Positions 11,773 to 25,917 of a stretch of 64,000 nucleotides of DNA are shown here, in pieces. Numbering within the stretch: the stretch's first letter is position 1; each line of letters starts with the position of its first letter. The DNA lies in contig CM120640.1 of assembly GCA_051362555.1 (NCBI GenBank), positions 14,446,001 through 14,510,000 of the forward strand, written 5' to 3'. Position numbers and translations under genes: made by a program. Under the pieces are notes generated by a model. The model saw nothing but the letters and a program-made list of their open reading frames with translations. It had not been told where the DNA came from and did not search any database. Origin of the DNA: Lingula anatina (taxonomy: Eukaryota; Animalia; Brachiopoda).

Positions 11773-13965
11773 TCAACTCGGACATAATCACCGACGGCTA
11801 ATGAAAAAATAACAATTTACCAGGGTTGACCCTTGGACCTTGTGGATGAGAAAAAAAGATGAGAAAATAGGAAAGAATAACCGCTACGCGGGGGTGGAAC
11901 CGTTCCTATGCCAACAAAAGGATTGTAGGTCTATCACCTCTTTCTATTTGCAAAGGGGGCGATCGTCACGGTCACAAACACATTGAAACTTCGTCTTCCT
12001 CTGTAGAAAATGACTAACTGCCGCATTCCAGTTTCTTTGTCAGTGAAAAGGTGAAAAAGTGTGAAACCCAAAGGTACTGAGAAGACATGGAGCTACTGAC
12101 AATGTACATGTTGACGGCGTCTGTAGTTTGCACCACGGGACTTGATACCCCTCTTGGGGACGACAAGCAAATATCTCCTGGTAAGCATACGATAACTGAA
12201 TATTTGAACAGTTGACTGATTCAATGCCCCGTATTGAATGTTTTGTTACTCTGAAAGCTAATCGAATCTCTGACAACAGAAACCAATTGTCTGGCGGTGA
12301 ATGCAGTTACATGAAACAAATCCACAACCTGAATAAATCGGCTGATATCTTGCTCTTAGCCATGATATACTTCATAAAGCCATTTTAGAGTTGAAGTTTT
12401 AATGATGAGAGTTTACTCACCCTGTGTTCCAAATCATCGATTAGAATGCATATACTGACACTCACTCATATATGAGAGCGTCTTGCCTTTACATTTCAAA
12501 TACATACCGAGAATTGCACATTTTTCGATGGTACTTCAAATAAGTCAGAGTGGAAGAACGTTAACACATACAATTGCAACAGATTGTCTAGGAAATGCGT
12601 AGCAATTGCTCCGATGAAATATAATAATAATGAAAATAATGGTGAATTATTAGACTTTTTCAATTTCCTTTTACTGTAAAAAGGTCTACGACAAAATGGG
12701 GTGTTTCGAATTGCCGTCATTTATATGGCAATTTTGTGTAGTTTTGTAAGCCAGAGTTTCAGAGAACTGGCACTGACCTTCTTCTAGCGCGTGCTGCAAA
12801 GAGAGGAAAATTCGCTTAGGTCGAGTTTCATCATATAATCCTCCCATTCTTTTCAGAACCTCTTTCCCGACCCTTTTCGGAGTGGTTCCAAGACACAAGG
12901 ACTGCAAGAAGCTTTTTAAAAACAGGTTTCCCCAGACCCGCCAGTAGATACAAGAGAAATTTACAAGAGGAATGCAAAGAGGGCTGCAGTGATGAAGAGT
13001 TTAAAGAAGTAGGGATACATGGAGAATTCGTGGTAGGTTTCTGGTTTTAAGGGCAGATCGAGTGAGTCAGGACCAGGACGCAAATTGCCATCCCTGGCCG
13101 TCTGAAGGTGCTGGGTTCCCTGGAGATAAAATGTGAGGTTAAAGACAAGCCTGCTTTGGCACTGGAAGATTACCCGTTCAAAACTCCCCCTTTACACTTA
13201 AATTGTTAGATCATAACAACACTTTGACGAAGAAAAAAAATCAATGACGCTTCAATACAACATTAATTAAGAATCATTGACAATCCTACATTCTTATCTT
13301 TAGGGCTATACGTCCCATTGCTTCTGCGGCTTTTAATGATTTCAGGCTTTGTTACTTCATTAAGGCCATCTTTGAAGAAGACTGTTGGTATTGATCACTG
13401 TTAACGTCGTTACTTGGGGGGATGTGTAGAATACGCGTCTCCCTACTTCAATCGGCGTCTTCAAGCGTCTTCAAACGCAGCCTTCACGCTATGTAAGCCC
13501 CGTCCGCTTCTGAAGCCTGAAGACATGTCTGGACCCAAATAATTTTATATGGGATTATAAACAGAGTCTTTACATCAAACAGTCAAGTAGTCTCATGTAT
13601 TTGAATTTGTTTCAAGTTTCAAAGTTAAAAACGCACTATTTGTGTTTTATTTAGGGTGTGCAATAGACCTCAAAATGTGTGTAAACTTACTGCGACAAAT
13701 CTGATTATGAAGAGTAGCCGTCTGACTTCCGTTTTTGGCCATTTCTTCAAGAAGTTCGGTTTGCATAAACTGAAGATTTTACAGTGGCAAATATTTGTAC
13801 AATGGTTTGATTCAACCAAAGTTCCATTATTTGGAAATCGGGCGTACATGTATTTTACTTTAGTTTTGAAGGAGCCAGTTGAGTGTTTATTTATCGAGTT
13901 ACGGGCAGCGATACTGCTTTTCTGCTCCCTTAATCCTTAACATACATACCCCGTTCTCCTTCCAG

Positions 13966-15813
13966 TGTGAATACATGCGAAGACTAGTTTGCTCAAGGAG
14001 GAAATGTAATAGTGACGTGTGTGCCTATGCTCCAGGGAGAAAGGATTGCTCACATTCAAATAGACTCAAAATTAATTGTGGTAAGTTAGGGCATACCAAC
14101 TTCAATGCAAGCGTCTGTAACATATGGCGGGTTTCTCCTGTTTATTCATTAATTTTTTTTATCAAAAAGAAATGTCGATAATTTGGATAAAAGTGTATTC
14201 GATGCGTATGGTATTTTATGCATGTTTTCTGAATTTTATAATGACAAAAAGTCTCGATAATTGATGTTGCTGACACATGATTAATTTGATTTAACGACCA
14301 AGAGTTAGTAGAACGTAGTCTGACAATTTGTCACCACTAGTCAACATTAAATCCCACTGCTTTCAGTTGCACTTATCAGAGTTATCCAAGGAGAGAAATG
14401 TTATTGGAAAATATCCCTGCATCAAACGAGTAATGACAGTAAACTGTTTGGTGTAAGAATGACTTTTGAAAGGGTGATCATATTACAGTTAACCTTCTAG
14501 CTTTAAGCTTTAAATTGGCCATCTCAGGTTATAAGAGTTTACACCTTTTTTCCTGACAATGATAGTCCAAAGTGATTTACTATATTTGCTATTAGTAACT
14601 TTGTTTCATTCCAAATATTTCCAGCTGCTGGCCAGCAAGGATCTTCTAACCTAGATAGTGAGCCACAAAAACGTACGTATTAGAAAGAGTTTCGTTGGTC
14701 TAGGGCCCTACAAAGTATAAAGGGTCCTTGTATTGAGTGATAACTCTTCTGCTACCATGTCGCATTACTTAATCAAGAATAAAGATAACGTACATTTATA
14801 CAGAACATTAGTTTGGGATGCTGTTGCTAGAGGCGGTGTTTTAATGTTCTTCTTTCAAGACCTTTAGCTTTTAATCGACTACGTTGTTCATAAACAGGAC
14901 AAAGCCCCTGGCTTCTTACCAATGCAATATGCTAATAAGCAGGCATTATGAAAGTAAAAATTGAAAAAAAAAGCACAGGTATTCCGGAAGACTTGTTTTT
15001 AACTGGCAGGAAGTTGCATCTAGAGTAAATTATCGTTGTGTTGTTCGTAGGCGATGTCGGTGGTCCTCATTTTTTTTGCTCCTAAGGAAGTCTATATGAC
15101 AGTTTTACGGAAAGAAATTTTTTTAACTCTGAGGTTTTTTGTCATTGTAAATTTTACTACCTTTTAAAAAGACTTCAATTTTCGGAGTAAAAAGCTGGAT
15201 AAGTCATCTCCAGTCAGTAATATATAAAAAACGATACTTCTAGATTGCGTGACAATCATAGGACTTCGACAGCTGTTCATATCTGCTTGCTCAATCCTCA
15301 ATATTTTATAACCACATCTAGTGTAAATTAGCTCGAGGTCTTGAAACCATTTCTCAAAACATCTACTCAATGCAAATGCGACGTTTTATTGTTTAATTGT
15401 CAGTGTATTATTTTAGATATTATAAAAGGCGCTTTGAGATTTCAATAGAATGCACCTTTAAATGATGATTAATAATAATAATAATAATAATAAAATGAAA
15501 AGATTGTAATAATTAAAACATATCGTTTTTTGTCTCTTCAGATTACCAGTTAGTAATCATAATAGGAATACCAGCGACACTGTCACTAGTCATAATATGT
15601 GTGGTTGGGACGCTGTTGTGGCGGTATCGTAAGCGATACAACTTGGCAGACGACACACAAAGACGGCGACAAGAGAACTGCGACACAGAGGACCAAGAGG
15701 CTTTAAAGTTTAAAAGTAGTTACTATGACGACCAGCAGCCCCCGCCTTCATACAGTGAAGTGACAAGGCAGCTTCAGCCGTCTGCGCCTATTCTTGAGGA
15801 TTATGAAATATGA
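13966..15813 (+). CDS. single-pass membrane protein, 3' partial: Cys-rich (SRCR-like) half-domain, linker, TM, tail with PPxY and PSAP motifs
   Basis: Exons 13966-14080 (CEYMRRLVCSRRKCNSDVCAYAPGRKDCSHSNRLKINC), 14625-14672 (AAGQQGSSNLDSEPQK) and 15542-15813 (HYQLVIIIGIPATLSLVIICVVGTLLWRYRKR...QQPPPSYSEVTRQLQPSAPILEDYEI*). Splice phases are compatible; the TM is followed by a basic stop-transfer. 5' exons not identified. Confidence 0.65.
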
Positions 15814-17739
15814 AATATGAAACGTGGCCAAATAGATGTGTGTGCTATATTCTGTCAACAGTGTCAGGACGAGGTGTAGGTTTGCGTTGGGGGGGGGGGG
15901 AGATACAAAAGACCCACCCCCACCCAATATATTATAGAACGGAACACGGGACTTTGGGGGTATACTTTTTTAAAATATCATTTAACGCCCCAATTATCAG
16001 TCAAATACGCACAGAGCATTGACCACATAGATAACAGCTCGTGAATGATGACCGGACAAAGTGTCCCATGATCAGTTCTGGACGTTGTTGTCAACGTAAC
16101 ACTCCTGGGATAGCTAGCACGTGCCTGGACGGGCGCCACCCTAACACGATCATGTTGTTAATGGGTTGTAGACCCAGGTTGTTTGTTGAATTTGTTCCCA
16201 AATATGAACTGACTGTCAGCGAACATGACATATTAGAAATTATCAGTGTAAGTCGATCTGGGATGATATATACCCATATGATTTTTTAAATGATTTTTAC
16301 TTCAAGTTCACATTTTATGTGCCAAAGCCTTGCTGACGCACAGTGCTTCAATGTGTCGATCGAGTTATTCTTCTCTTTAGACAGATGAAGATTCCACTTC
16401 AAATAAACGATGGTCTGGCCTTTCATTTTGGTGTCATGTATCCTTTTAAGTACGTCACTGCCAATCATTTGTATTTTGTCATAGCTGCATCGTTTGGCCA
16501 AAAGTAGAGAGAATGATTCTGGCCACTTATGGACCATTGGACCATGTCCGGTGAGCTTGAAACCTCAAAGAATTACTATTAAATTCCTATATGGTTTCAT
16601 TACAATTCATATAAAAATCTCTTGATGTGTTTGTTACCTCTCGGTCCGTGAAAATGGTTTTATGGACCTATAGATCGTCGTCTATCTCCCTTAAATCTCA
16701 ATGAAGCAGACAGGACTTTTCTACATCAAATAGAACAACGATAGTGACTGCTGTTACTGCAAGACCTTTCGGTTTGAAATTTCAGGCCAATTTAATATGG
16801 ATTCAAAGCAGATATACCAATTCTTGGTTTTTTTATTTAATTGTTGATTTAAGAAAATAAAATATAGTCACATAATTTTATGAACAAGTGGATAAATTGG
16901 TGGTAGGTGGGTGTTGGTTTGAATAGGAGGATCACGCAAACCACCATATACATAAATTGATTTTGATCTTACAAAGAGAATGTTGTCCAAGCAGCATACA
17001 GTATAAATAAACTATTGGTGATTGAAATATCTCCATTTTATAATAACCTAGTATAATAAGATACTGGACTGAAGGCAACATCGAGTTTCAAGTTCACAAA
17101 TTTGATTTAGAATCACGCCATTTGCTCACTCTTTTCAGTGACCTAGCAAAAATATATAACAGAGCACAATGGGGATGGTAAACTAAAGTGATAAGGTCTA
17201 CGTATTTGACACATTGGTCACGCAATCGATTTTTCATCAATCTACATCTCCGAGACTTTATGCAATAATCTCTAAGATCCAATATTATTTGTATGTTGGA
17301 ACCTAGTCTCTACCAAAAAGACTCAGACACGAACTTGTGTCGATTTTGCCCAGATGAGACACGTATATATATATGTATTGTGCCCCTCCTACTTTTTTCT
17401 GGACAATTGTGAAGGCGCTAGACACGCAACAGAGGATTTTCATTCTTTTTATGTTGTTTTTCTTTGTTAGGTATAGACTAACAGCATCGTTTTTCATCTG
17501 AAAATGACGAGCAAATCTAATCTACGCCACTGATAGAGTAGCCTGATGTGTTTCATATTAAATCTTTCAACCATGTTTGTCAGTTTAGTAAATTTCTTCC
17601 TGCTATCTTGATCAATTTATCATTCTGCGTGGTCATATTCTAATACTCTTTAGCTCATCTACAAAAGATCCGCGGAAACTAGCCCGGCCATTTTTCCAGC
17701 GTTATTTTCGATGGCGCTTCATTTCCCCCACAAATATAT

Positions 17740-19136
17740 TTGAAGAAATTACACAAGATATCAAAGAAATAGACTTCGTTCCACTGCTTCTCTCGCCGTC
17801 GTATATGACATATAAGGTGAACAGGGAATTGAACTAATATTTCCATGTGAAGACAGCAGTATTGATTTTCACCTCTGTTTGTAGCAGGTAATGTTATACC
17901 TGATGTATGTGCTAAGGACATGTTTTTTTTTATTGCCTTCCCCAGCTGGCACCATTTTAACAATTGTCTAGTGCCAGAAAAAATGTTATACCTGCTTTTG
18001 TTAATGAAGGAACGGATTATCAAAAACATTATTTGCTGCATTAATCAATATAGACATTCTTAAATAGAGAGAACATGAATTAGATTATTGACAATCTTGG
18101 TCCTCCGACAGACATATTTCCCGCTTAATGGAGAAGTCTTGTAATACCTCTGATCTTTTTGTTCAAACAAAGATAAAAGGATGGTCCGTCGAATTTTGAC
18201 CCGAGCAAGCAACACATTTTCTAGGTGTCATCAACAATTTTCACGTTTCTACCAGCCATTCCTGTACCACGGTTCAAACTCAAATGTATCCTATAATGTG
18301 CGAATTGAATGATTTTGGATCACTTATCTTTTATTTGTCTGTTTTTTGTTTTTTGTTTTTTGTGTGCGTCAGCGGAAGTAATTTCATTAATCTAAAAAGA
18401 TAGCTTTGACATTTCGATAAGGACAATTAGATAAAAGATAAAGATATCTAAGAAAATAAATTACTTTCTAGCGGTCCATTGATCAATTATTAAATAAACC
18501 AAATTTACAGTTACCCTTCAATTTCATACTGAGAGTAATTTAAACACTTGACCAACGCGCTGATGCATCGACAGGCTGGAAGCTGAGTGGTAAATTCATG
18601 TTTTAGATGATGTTCATAAAAATTACCCGATAATATTTAGCATAAAAGCATCTTCACGTCTCTAACAGTTGGAAGCGCTCAGCTGCGCATATTCTTTTCA
18701 TCCAATTCAAACGTTCTGACAACGTTATTGTGTTAAGTCTTGTGTGCATGAATACGATTCTACGCTTGCCATATGCCCAGGATAACGATTTTTTTCAACT
18801 GATCTTCTAATTACCTTTCTTTAGCAACTTCTCCAAAGCCAGTACTGTATATGAACAATCTTACATTGATTGCAACCCAAGTTCTTTGCAACCCGCTTTT
18901 GGGAAGAAACACTACATAATTCGTTTTGCACGCAATAACCCACACGGGGCTACCGGTAAGATTGGCAGAACAGTGAATTATTGATAAGAGGATTCTCTAT
19001 TCTAACACACTGCTTCTTTCTCGATTATTGCAATAATTTTAACATGCGCAGGCCTTCCTTTACCTTACGAGATCACTCTGCTGAATTTGAATAGTCTCCA
19101 ACTGGGTTAACAGCATAATGCTTCTTTACAATATTT
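17740..19136 (-). pseudogene. possible decayed phospholipid scramblase-like gene
   Basis: Colinear fragments LLTQLETIQIQQ (from 19116), YGKRR, TVVQEW (18273-18256), KFDGPSFYLC and ILVQFPVHL (~17830) recall scramblase motifs, but are interrupted by stops and frameshifts. Confidence 0.3.
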
Positions 19137-19776
19137 CTAGACAGATAAATTGTGCAGACAGTACTGCTTTCCAACTTCATTTTGCGTAGAATAAAAATGA
19201 TATTGCAGATGAGTAGAGAGTAAGAACGTGTAATAAGAATCCCAGCTGTATTTGTTCATGATAGTTTTAAAGTACTTCACCCGGACACCCCGGCACGAAC
19301 TAAACCTGAGGTGAAAAAGAATATTATGACTCGTTTTTACTATAAAACACATAGAAAATGACACAGCTATGCTATAAAATAGTTTGTTCTGTATCTCATA
19401 AGAAACGAATGCAGCATCTAAAATATAAATAAATATAAATTGAATAGATAGGAAATGAACAAAAACCCTTGAAGGCGTTGAAAAAATTTGTCATTATATC
19501 ACACACACGAAATGAACCATTCTCATTTTTAGATCGAAATAATTTCCAACAGATAATTGAAGCAGACCTGCCATGTTGCTGTGTCTTCTACTGCGAGTAT
19601 ATCGATCTAGGACTATATCGCCCGGCGAACCGATCCATCAACTAGACAACAGGCCGTGGAGGTGTCACATTATTAACGAGCTATTATCACTTTATCCCGC
19701 GGCTTGCTAACCTAATTTGTCTGATAGTGTAGTAATTTATCAATAAACAAGTGGATACCCTGAACATCCGAGGCCA

Positions 19777-19808
<32 letters not shown>

Positions 19809-21962
19809 ACACATCTTTTATAACAGTAAAACCTTGTAGTCACCAGAAATTTCAGGGCGTCCTGTGTGCTGTCAACTTTAACCTCAGTCGAGTTCAGACT
19901 ATTAATGCAGACGATTTACTGGGTACGTGTCCGCTGTGAGAAGTGAGACGCATTAGCTCCTTTCCTCGAAAAATGAAAATTGATACCATTTAATTTTTTC
20001 CAACCGAAAAAAAAGGCATTAAGGCACTCATTTATTGGCATCAAACTAAGGAATCCCTCTTTACAAGAAGCCGCTTCTAAGACGAAATCATTATTCGATG
20101 AAAGCCACCGATTAGAGGTGCTTTCGTTTTTAACGGCATATTCCACAAAATCTCATAAAGTTTTCTAGTCAGCGAAGCAGCGCTTGAAAATTAACTCTTT
20201 TTCCTGTTCTTATTGCCATGCTGCAACTTTAATTAGTCGCCTGTTTACTCATGGGAATACATGCTTGTCAATTGATATGCTATCTTACGTTCTATTTCAT
20301 TGCGTTAAGTAATTTTCAAAGCTAGAAGTGTCATGCACTGGCATTGTAGCATATATTTATCATTGCATTTGGATATTTTGCAATCTCATATAGACACAAA
20401 AACACCGCCCAAAGATGTCACAAGAAAATCGCACTCAACAAATATAAACGTGTCAGTCAATCGCCTATAGCTTCCACGCTTGTATACACGTTTTTTCCCC
20501 TATGATCATATGGCACGGTTTTTAATACAGTATTCACATATTATGATGGTCACCTTTGGGTTTTCATTATCTTCCTTTACCTATTGGTGTTATTCTTGTT
20601 GCACTGTGCACATATCTACATCGATCAGTCTTCGGAACATCTTATTTGATATTCTGTAAACCGCCAGCCAGCTTGTCATTGACCTGTCTTCATTTCTAGT
20701 ACATACTGGTCAGGATTAAAAAGCACGTCCATGAAAGGTGACCATAGAGGAAGCTACTAGATCAACTAGTTGAAGTATAAAAGAAACTGAACTATGAAAA
20801 ATAAGCTGCCACACTGTGAAAGGGGGGCCTGAAGGTAGATGCCATCCTTTTATTTTAGCAGGTGACACAGCAGTTTAGTGATTCAAGAAATCATTTCCCA
20901 ATGTGTCACAATGTGCTGTCACTCGAATAAATAACCGAAGGCTTCCATCGTTTTCTTTAGATCAACTTACATGTAAGTCATTTCCTAATTCATTTGTCAT
21001 ATTCACTGAGTAATAAGAGATGTAAAGTTTTTATGCTTAAAACTGTACAATATTTTGTTACAATGACATAAGTTAATCAAGGTATAGACATAGGCACCTT
21101 ACAGATAACGTTTAGACTGCAAACAGGACTGCTACTCCTGCAAGGTGACAAATACTGCTTAGATTGGTGTCTTAGTGATGCTCCATATCGAGGAGGTAAG
21201 GGTCAGATCGTGACAACGTGGAGGAGGAAAGTCGTCGCTATTAACCCCATTCCCAAGACGAAGATTAAGAGACTGGGCTATAAAATCTGATTAATGCTAT
21301 TTTCATTATCGCAAAACGGCCAACTTATAAGAAAAGATGAAGTGTAAAACAAATCAGTTGTTTTTTATTCAAGGTCAGGTCAAGATGGGATTTTTTTGCA
21401 ATAAAAAACGATAAAAATGAAATAAAAGAAACAAACAAACAGACAAACGGGCAAGTAAAGATATAAATAATAGACAAAACATAGATAAGGCAAATGATTA
21501 AAAACGGTGAAAATGGTTTTTGCACTGAATTACATCTACGTTTACAAACAACTGTGTACAAATTTCTACCAGATAGGCTTTCCTTTGATCAAAACCCGTC
21601 AATCTTAGTAGGCGGAAGAGATGATGAGGTCGTTGTCATGTTCGAGAGAGCCTCCTGTGATACAGGGATCGGTTCCCATTGATTTGTTCTGGTAATCCCT
21701 GTCCTCGATTTGTCCCATTTCACGCTAACCCTAACCTGTAGGGATCTAATGGAGGTCGGACTATCTGATACACGGATCCTCACACCTTACTTGTGAATGC
21801 AGTCATTTTGCGACGTCACTGGACTTGGTCGCTCCTAAAATTCCACAGTTTCTTCGTGATTAGTGACTTAACGAAAAGATGGCTGATATTAAGATGATAT
21901 TTATAAGATAGCGAGTGTACCTGTGGCCTCACTTGCCACGGACGAGGCACAGATCTAACACT

Positions 21963-24559
21963 ATGCACCGGGTATTGGCTTTATTGGCAACCTTCCTTTT
22001 TACCACAGAGGCGTTCCTGGGCGGTATGAACAAAATCTTCAATTCGCTTTTTATTTCATTGCGCGTGATTAAAGTTGAGCAGTTTCAGCTAATGATTTAT
22101 AGAGCTGAAATATCTATATATTTTATTGAGATTATTTTATGCTTAAAAGACCCAGAGTTTAAGTGTCGGTAAGCTGCATTCAAGAAGTGAACCTAGAGAC
22201 ACCCACAACAAAGAGTTATTTTCTTGTTAAACTTTTGATTATCTAAAAAAATCAACTTACAAGTGATGCATTTTCTACAGATGGATAAATTTGTTTAAAA
22301 ATTAGATTGAGCCACACTCCGTGAAGGATAGCACAAATTTATATCAGTAATGAATTGAATCGTGTTTGACCTTGCCTTGCAGGTGGTCCAGCGTGGAATG
22401 ACCTTCGAGGTAATGTTTTCCAAGTTTTTATTATCACAGCACTGAACAGTAACTAAATGTATTACGCATTCTAAACAAATTCTTTTTTCGTTGCAATTTC
22501 ACCGTCTCCATTTAAATGTACATGTACATATTGGTGTAATAGGTATTGTACTGTGCGAATATTTTTATCGATACTGCTTACTTAGCTTCTAGAATAAATA
22601 TTGCAAACCACAAGCTTGTCTCTATTTTCCCCTGTATTTGTCATTTATGTACACACTGACCAGAAAAGTAATAAATGTATTTGTAATTTTCCCAGTGACG
22701 TTCGGCAACCCTCTCACGTCTTTTAATGCGGTGCCGAGGACCGTAAAAGACGCAGTGGCTGACGATTTCAAGTTGATTTCGGCGTGTGGCGGTAACAGCA
22801 CTTGCTTTCCATGAGGAATATTTTAAAAATGACTGAAAATTGTCCGATTTTAAAATTGCTTGGTAACGTGCAAATGAATTAAGAAAAAAAATAGAAAAAT
22901 TTTACAAATAAAGTAATTTGAAAAAAAGTTACAAATCGAAATACCAATTCCTGGAAACATTTTCATTCTGACATCCAACTAACTTTAAAAAATTACCTCT
23001 TATCTCTTTTATTATTATTTTATTAAGCTTCCAAAAACATAATTGGCAATCGGTACATGAAGGACGGGGACGAGGCTGTTATACTCATCTTTGATAAGAA
23101 TGGTTACATCGCTGGGATAGAAGCTGGGGTAAAGTTTTTTATGCTAATGCCTTTTTTAAAGATAGTATTAGGTCATGCCATTGACAATGTGTACTAGGTC
23201 TAAGAGGTTGATTCATTCAAAGGGAGGGTGTATGTTGAGTAAGCTAGCAATAACATGGTATACGTATACAATGCCGATATATTTGAAGATGGAATTATAG
23301 ATATTAATAGCATATGCCGTCCTATACTGCTGCAGCGTAAGAATTCAAGAAACTTTTACTGGTACAGAGTATGTTGATGAAGGTCATCTTAAAAATAAAG
23401 GCCAATATGTGATTTTTTTCTTACATCTTATCCATAACCTCATGTTTTGCGTCTGTTGAAGAAAGAAAGCACAAAAATAAAAAAACAACCACCATCTAAT
23501 TAAATGTCTAGAGGCACGGTTATCAGTTGATTGTGAAATGTAATAAAATCCCCAGGACATTACATCGTAAGGTTTATCATTGCATATCGACCATAATTGC
23601 AACCCAAGTTGGCTTTCAACTTGTTTTTTTTAATCTTTTTAAGATTCCCAGCCTTAACAGCAATCCCTATCCGTACCAAGAGATCATGAAGTACTTCAGA
23701 GAAGAGAGTGGAGGTTACAAAATAACGGCCTACTTCGTCAACCCTGGTAAGTAGCTGATTCTGTCATGCCATGTCATGATTCTCCAACAGAATGGCGGAT
23801 TTATATACTGATGTTCACCTGAACAAGGGTCGACACTCGGTCTGTTCCTCCCCCCCCCCCCTCCTCCCCTCCGGCCTATATCTAATCTGCTTTCCGACGT
23901 GAAATGCACTGGGGTATAGATTTTATCACTATCTAAGATTATCTAAGATTATCTCAGATTATCGGCATTTCTCCATCTGTTTAGGTTCCACGATCAAAAT
24001 TTGCATCTTCATGAGTGCAGGCGTACCGATGCAAAGACTTTTTATTGGGAAGTTAGAAGAAAAGCGTTGCCGAAAATGTCACGTCCAGGCGCGGGGATAC
24101 ATTTAGAACAATTTCACTGATTTTTTAAAACTAGGCATCAGAAAAAAAAAGTGTACCTTAAAAGGACATGTCATTATTAGGTATAAGATCCTGACGTTAC
24201 GATCAATGTACCTATTAAGTCGATTCTTTGAATAAAAATGTATTGATATTTCTACCTGCAGCCACTATCTGTTCCACCGGCCGCACAGAAGCAGAATTTA
24301 ACCAGCAAGGGACCGGTACGGGGCTCTACATTCAGACAGGCCCGAACCCTGCCTCTGATTACATCACCATTCCATTGAAGGAGAGCGAGGTCCAGGGTAC
24401 GAAGTGGACTTTGGGGAAATGCTTCTACGGCATGGGTGAGTCCGGAGACCTGATGTTTGACAGTGGCCATCCCGCGCTCAGTTTCTGTGCGCTTAGTTGG
24501 TTTAGATATGTTGTTGATTGAGCAGAGAGAGTCATGATCTAAATTTATTAAAATTAACC

Positions 24560-24591
<32 letters not shown>

Positions 24592-24943
24592 GGTATCAAG
24601 CAGGAGGTTAGGCAAATAAAAAATTGATCCACAGTTCTTACACCCCTCTTATCCGAACCTAACCCCGTCAGAGAATACAGCACACAAACTTTGTTCTTTT
24701 ACGCAGGCGTGCACTACTGGTACAACCTGAGCGAAGACATGAGCTGTAACGACTTTGCACCAATCTTCCTCTTGTACAACAAAGGTAAACTGAACGCGTT
24801 TGGCTGGGCGTTCCAGGGCAATTACCCATCCACAAGATATGAGCATCCGTCTCAAAACACCTTTGGGGTAAGAGGGACATTTTTTGTTTTACGATTTAAT
24901 GTATAGTCTTATTTCGACTTAAACCAAAAAAAAAGTTGGTATA

Positions 24944-24999
<56 letters not shown>

Positions 25000-25330
25000 A
25001 GAATGAAGATACAGTTCACGATAAGTGTCCTGTAACTGATGGAATATTTGTGACCACAAGATGGTGGTGCAAGTATTAATCAACATTTCAGGCGTAGGTA
25101 GATAAATTGACGATACATGTACCATTTGATTAAATACATGTCCACCGTCATCTTTTTGAAAAGAAATGATTTGATTGTTTTTACTAATTAACGCTACTCG
25201 CATGTATTCTTTCGGTGTACTTTTGTTTCAGCTTTTCATGAAAGCCGTCCCTAAATGTCTGAAGACTGTTGGTACGATTTCTACCCTTCACATCTATTTG
25301 ACCAGAACACCCGCTCTTAACTTCTGTTAG
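21963..25330 (+). CDS. secreted protein of unknown function, 273 aa, 8 exons, two-fold internal repeat, MGxHY motif
   Basis: Exons 21963-22023, 22383-22409, 22696-22791, 23028-23128, 23644-23746, 24262-24435, 24707-24867 and 25232-25330 sum to 822 nt, all GT-AG and in frame. Signal peptide MHRVLALLATFLFTTEA; ends ...STLHIYLTRTPALNFC*; AATAAA near 25395. Confidence 0.92.
24944..24998. repeat. (TAAA)n microsatellite
   Basis: Direct tetranucleotide run. Confidence 0.95.
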
Positions 25331-25917
25331 AAGACACTCCATACTATCAAGAGAGCAATGAAAATGAATGTGTCTGTGATTGTTGAAAATTGAGAATAAA
25401 ATATGATTTTAAGACACGAATATTCAGTGAGAGGTTGCTTAGTTCCACAGTACTAATTGAATTGCTGTATATACAGAGAAATCAAAACGCGCCATCTGTG
25501 GCATCGAGTATGAAGGTTTTTCCCCCTTATAGATCTTTAGTATAACTCAGTTTATTATACAGTTAAGAGGTATTATTCAGCAGTCAAGTATATTTGCTTC
25601 AGATGTTATGTCTGTTCTAATATGCACCCCCGTATTTCTAAGGGTGAACATATTTTGATATGCAGTTGTGTTCAGTGCAAATTGGAACAAATGATATTAT
25701 ACGATAAGAAAATGTTTATTCTCATTTATGCAAACAGTATAAGCGCAGAGTTCATTATGTTGAGTAGATTGAGTATATTTTATTTTATATCTATTGTTGA
25801 GTGTATTCTATACAGTTGAATAATATATAAGAATTATATTTTTGAACAAATAACAAATATCTATAATATTTGAGTGAGTCAAATGTAGAAACATATAGTC
25901 CATCTTGGCTATGACAC

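Noticed and set aside
13020-13790. Candidate upstream exons for the SRCR-like membrane protein
   Set aside because: Acceptor-like sites exist (e.g. 13654), but no frame gave a convincing signal peptide or N-terminal SRCR half with a compatible phase.
16041-16537. ORFs 16041..16289 (+) and 16286..16537 (-)
   Set aside because: No recognisable domain or consistent exon chain; could be unidentifiable relics.
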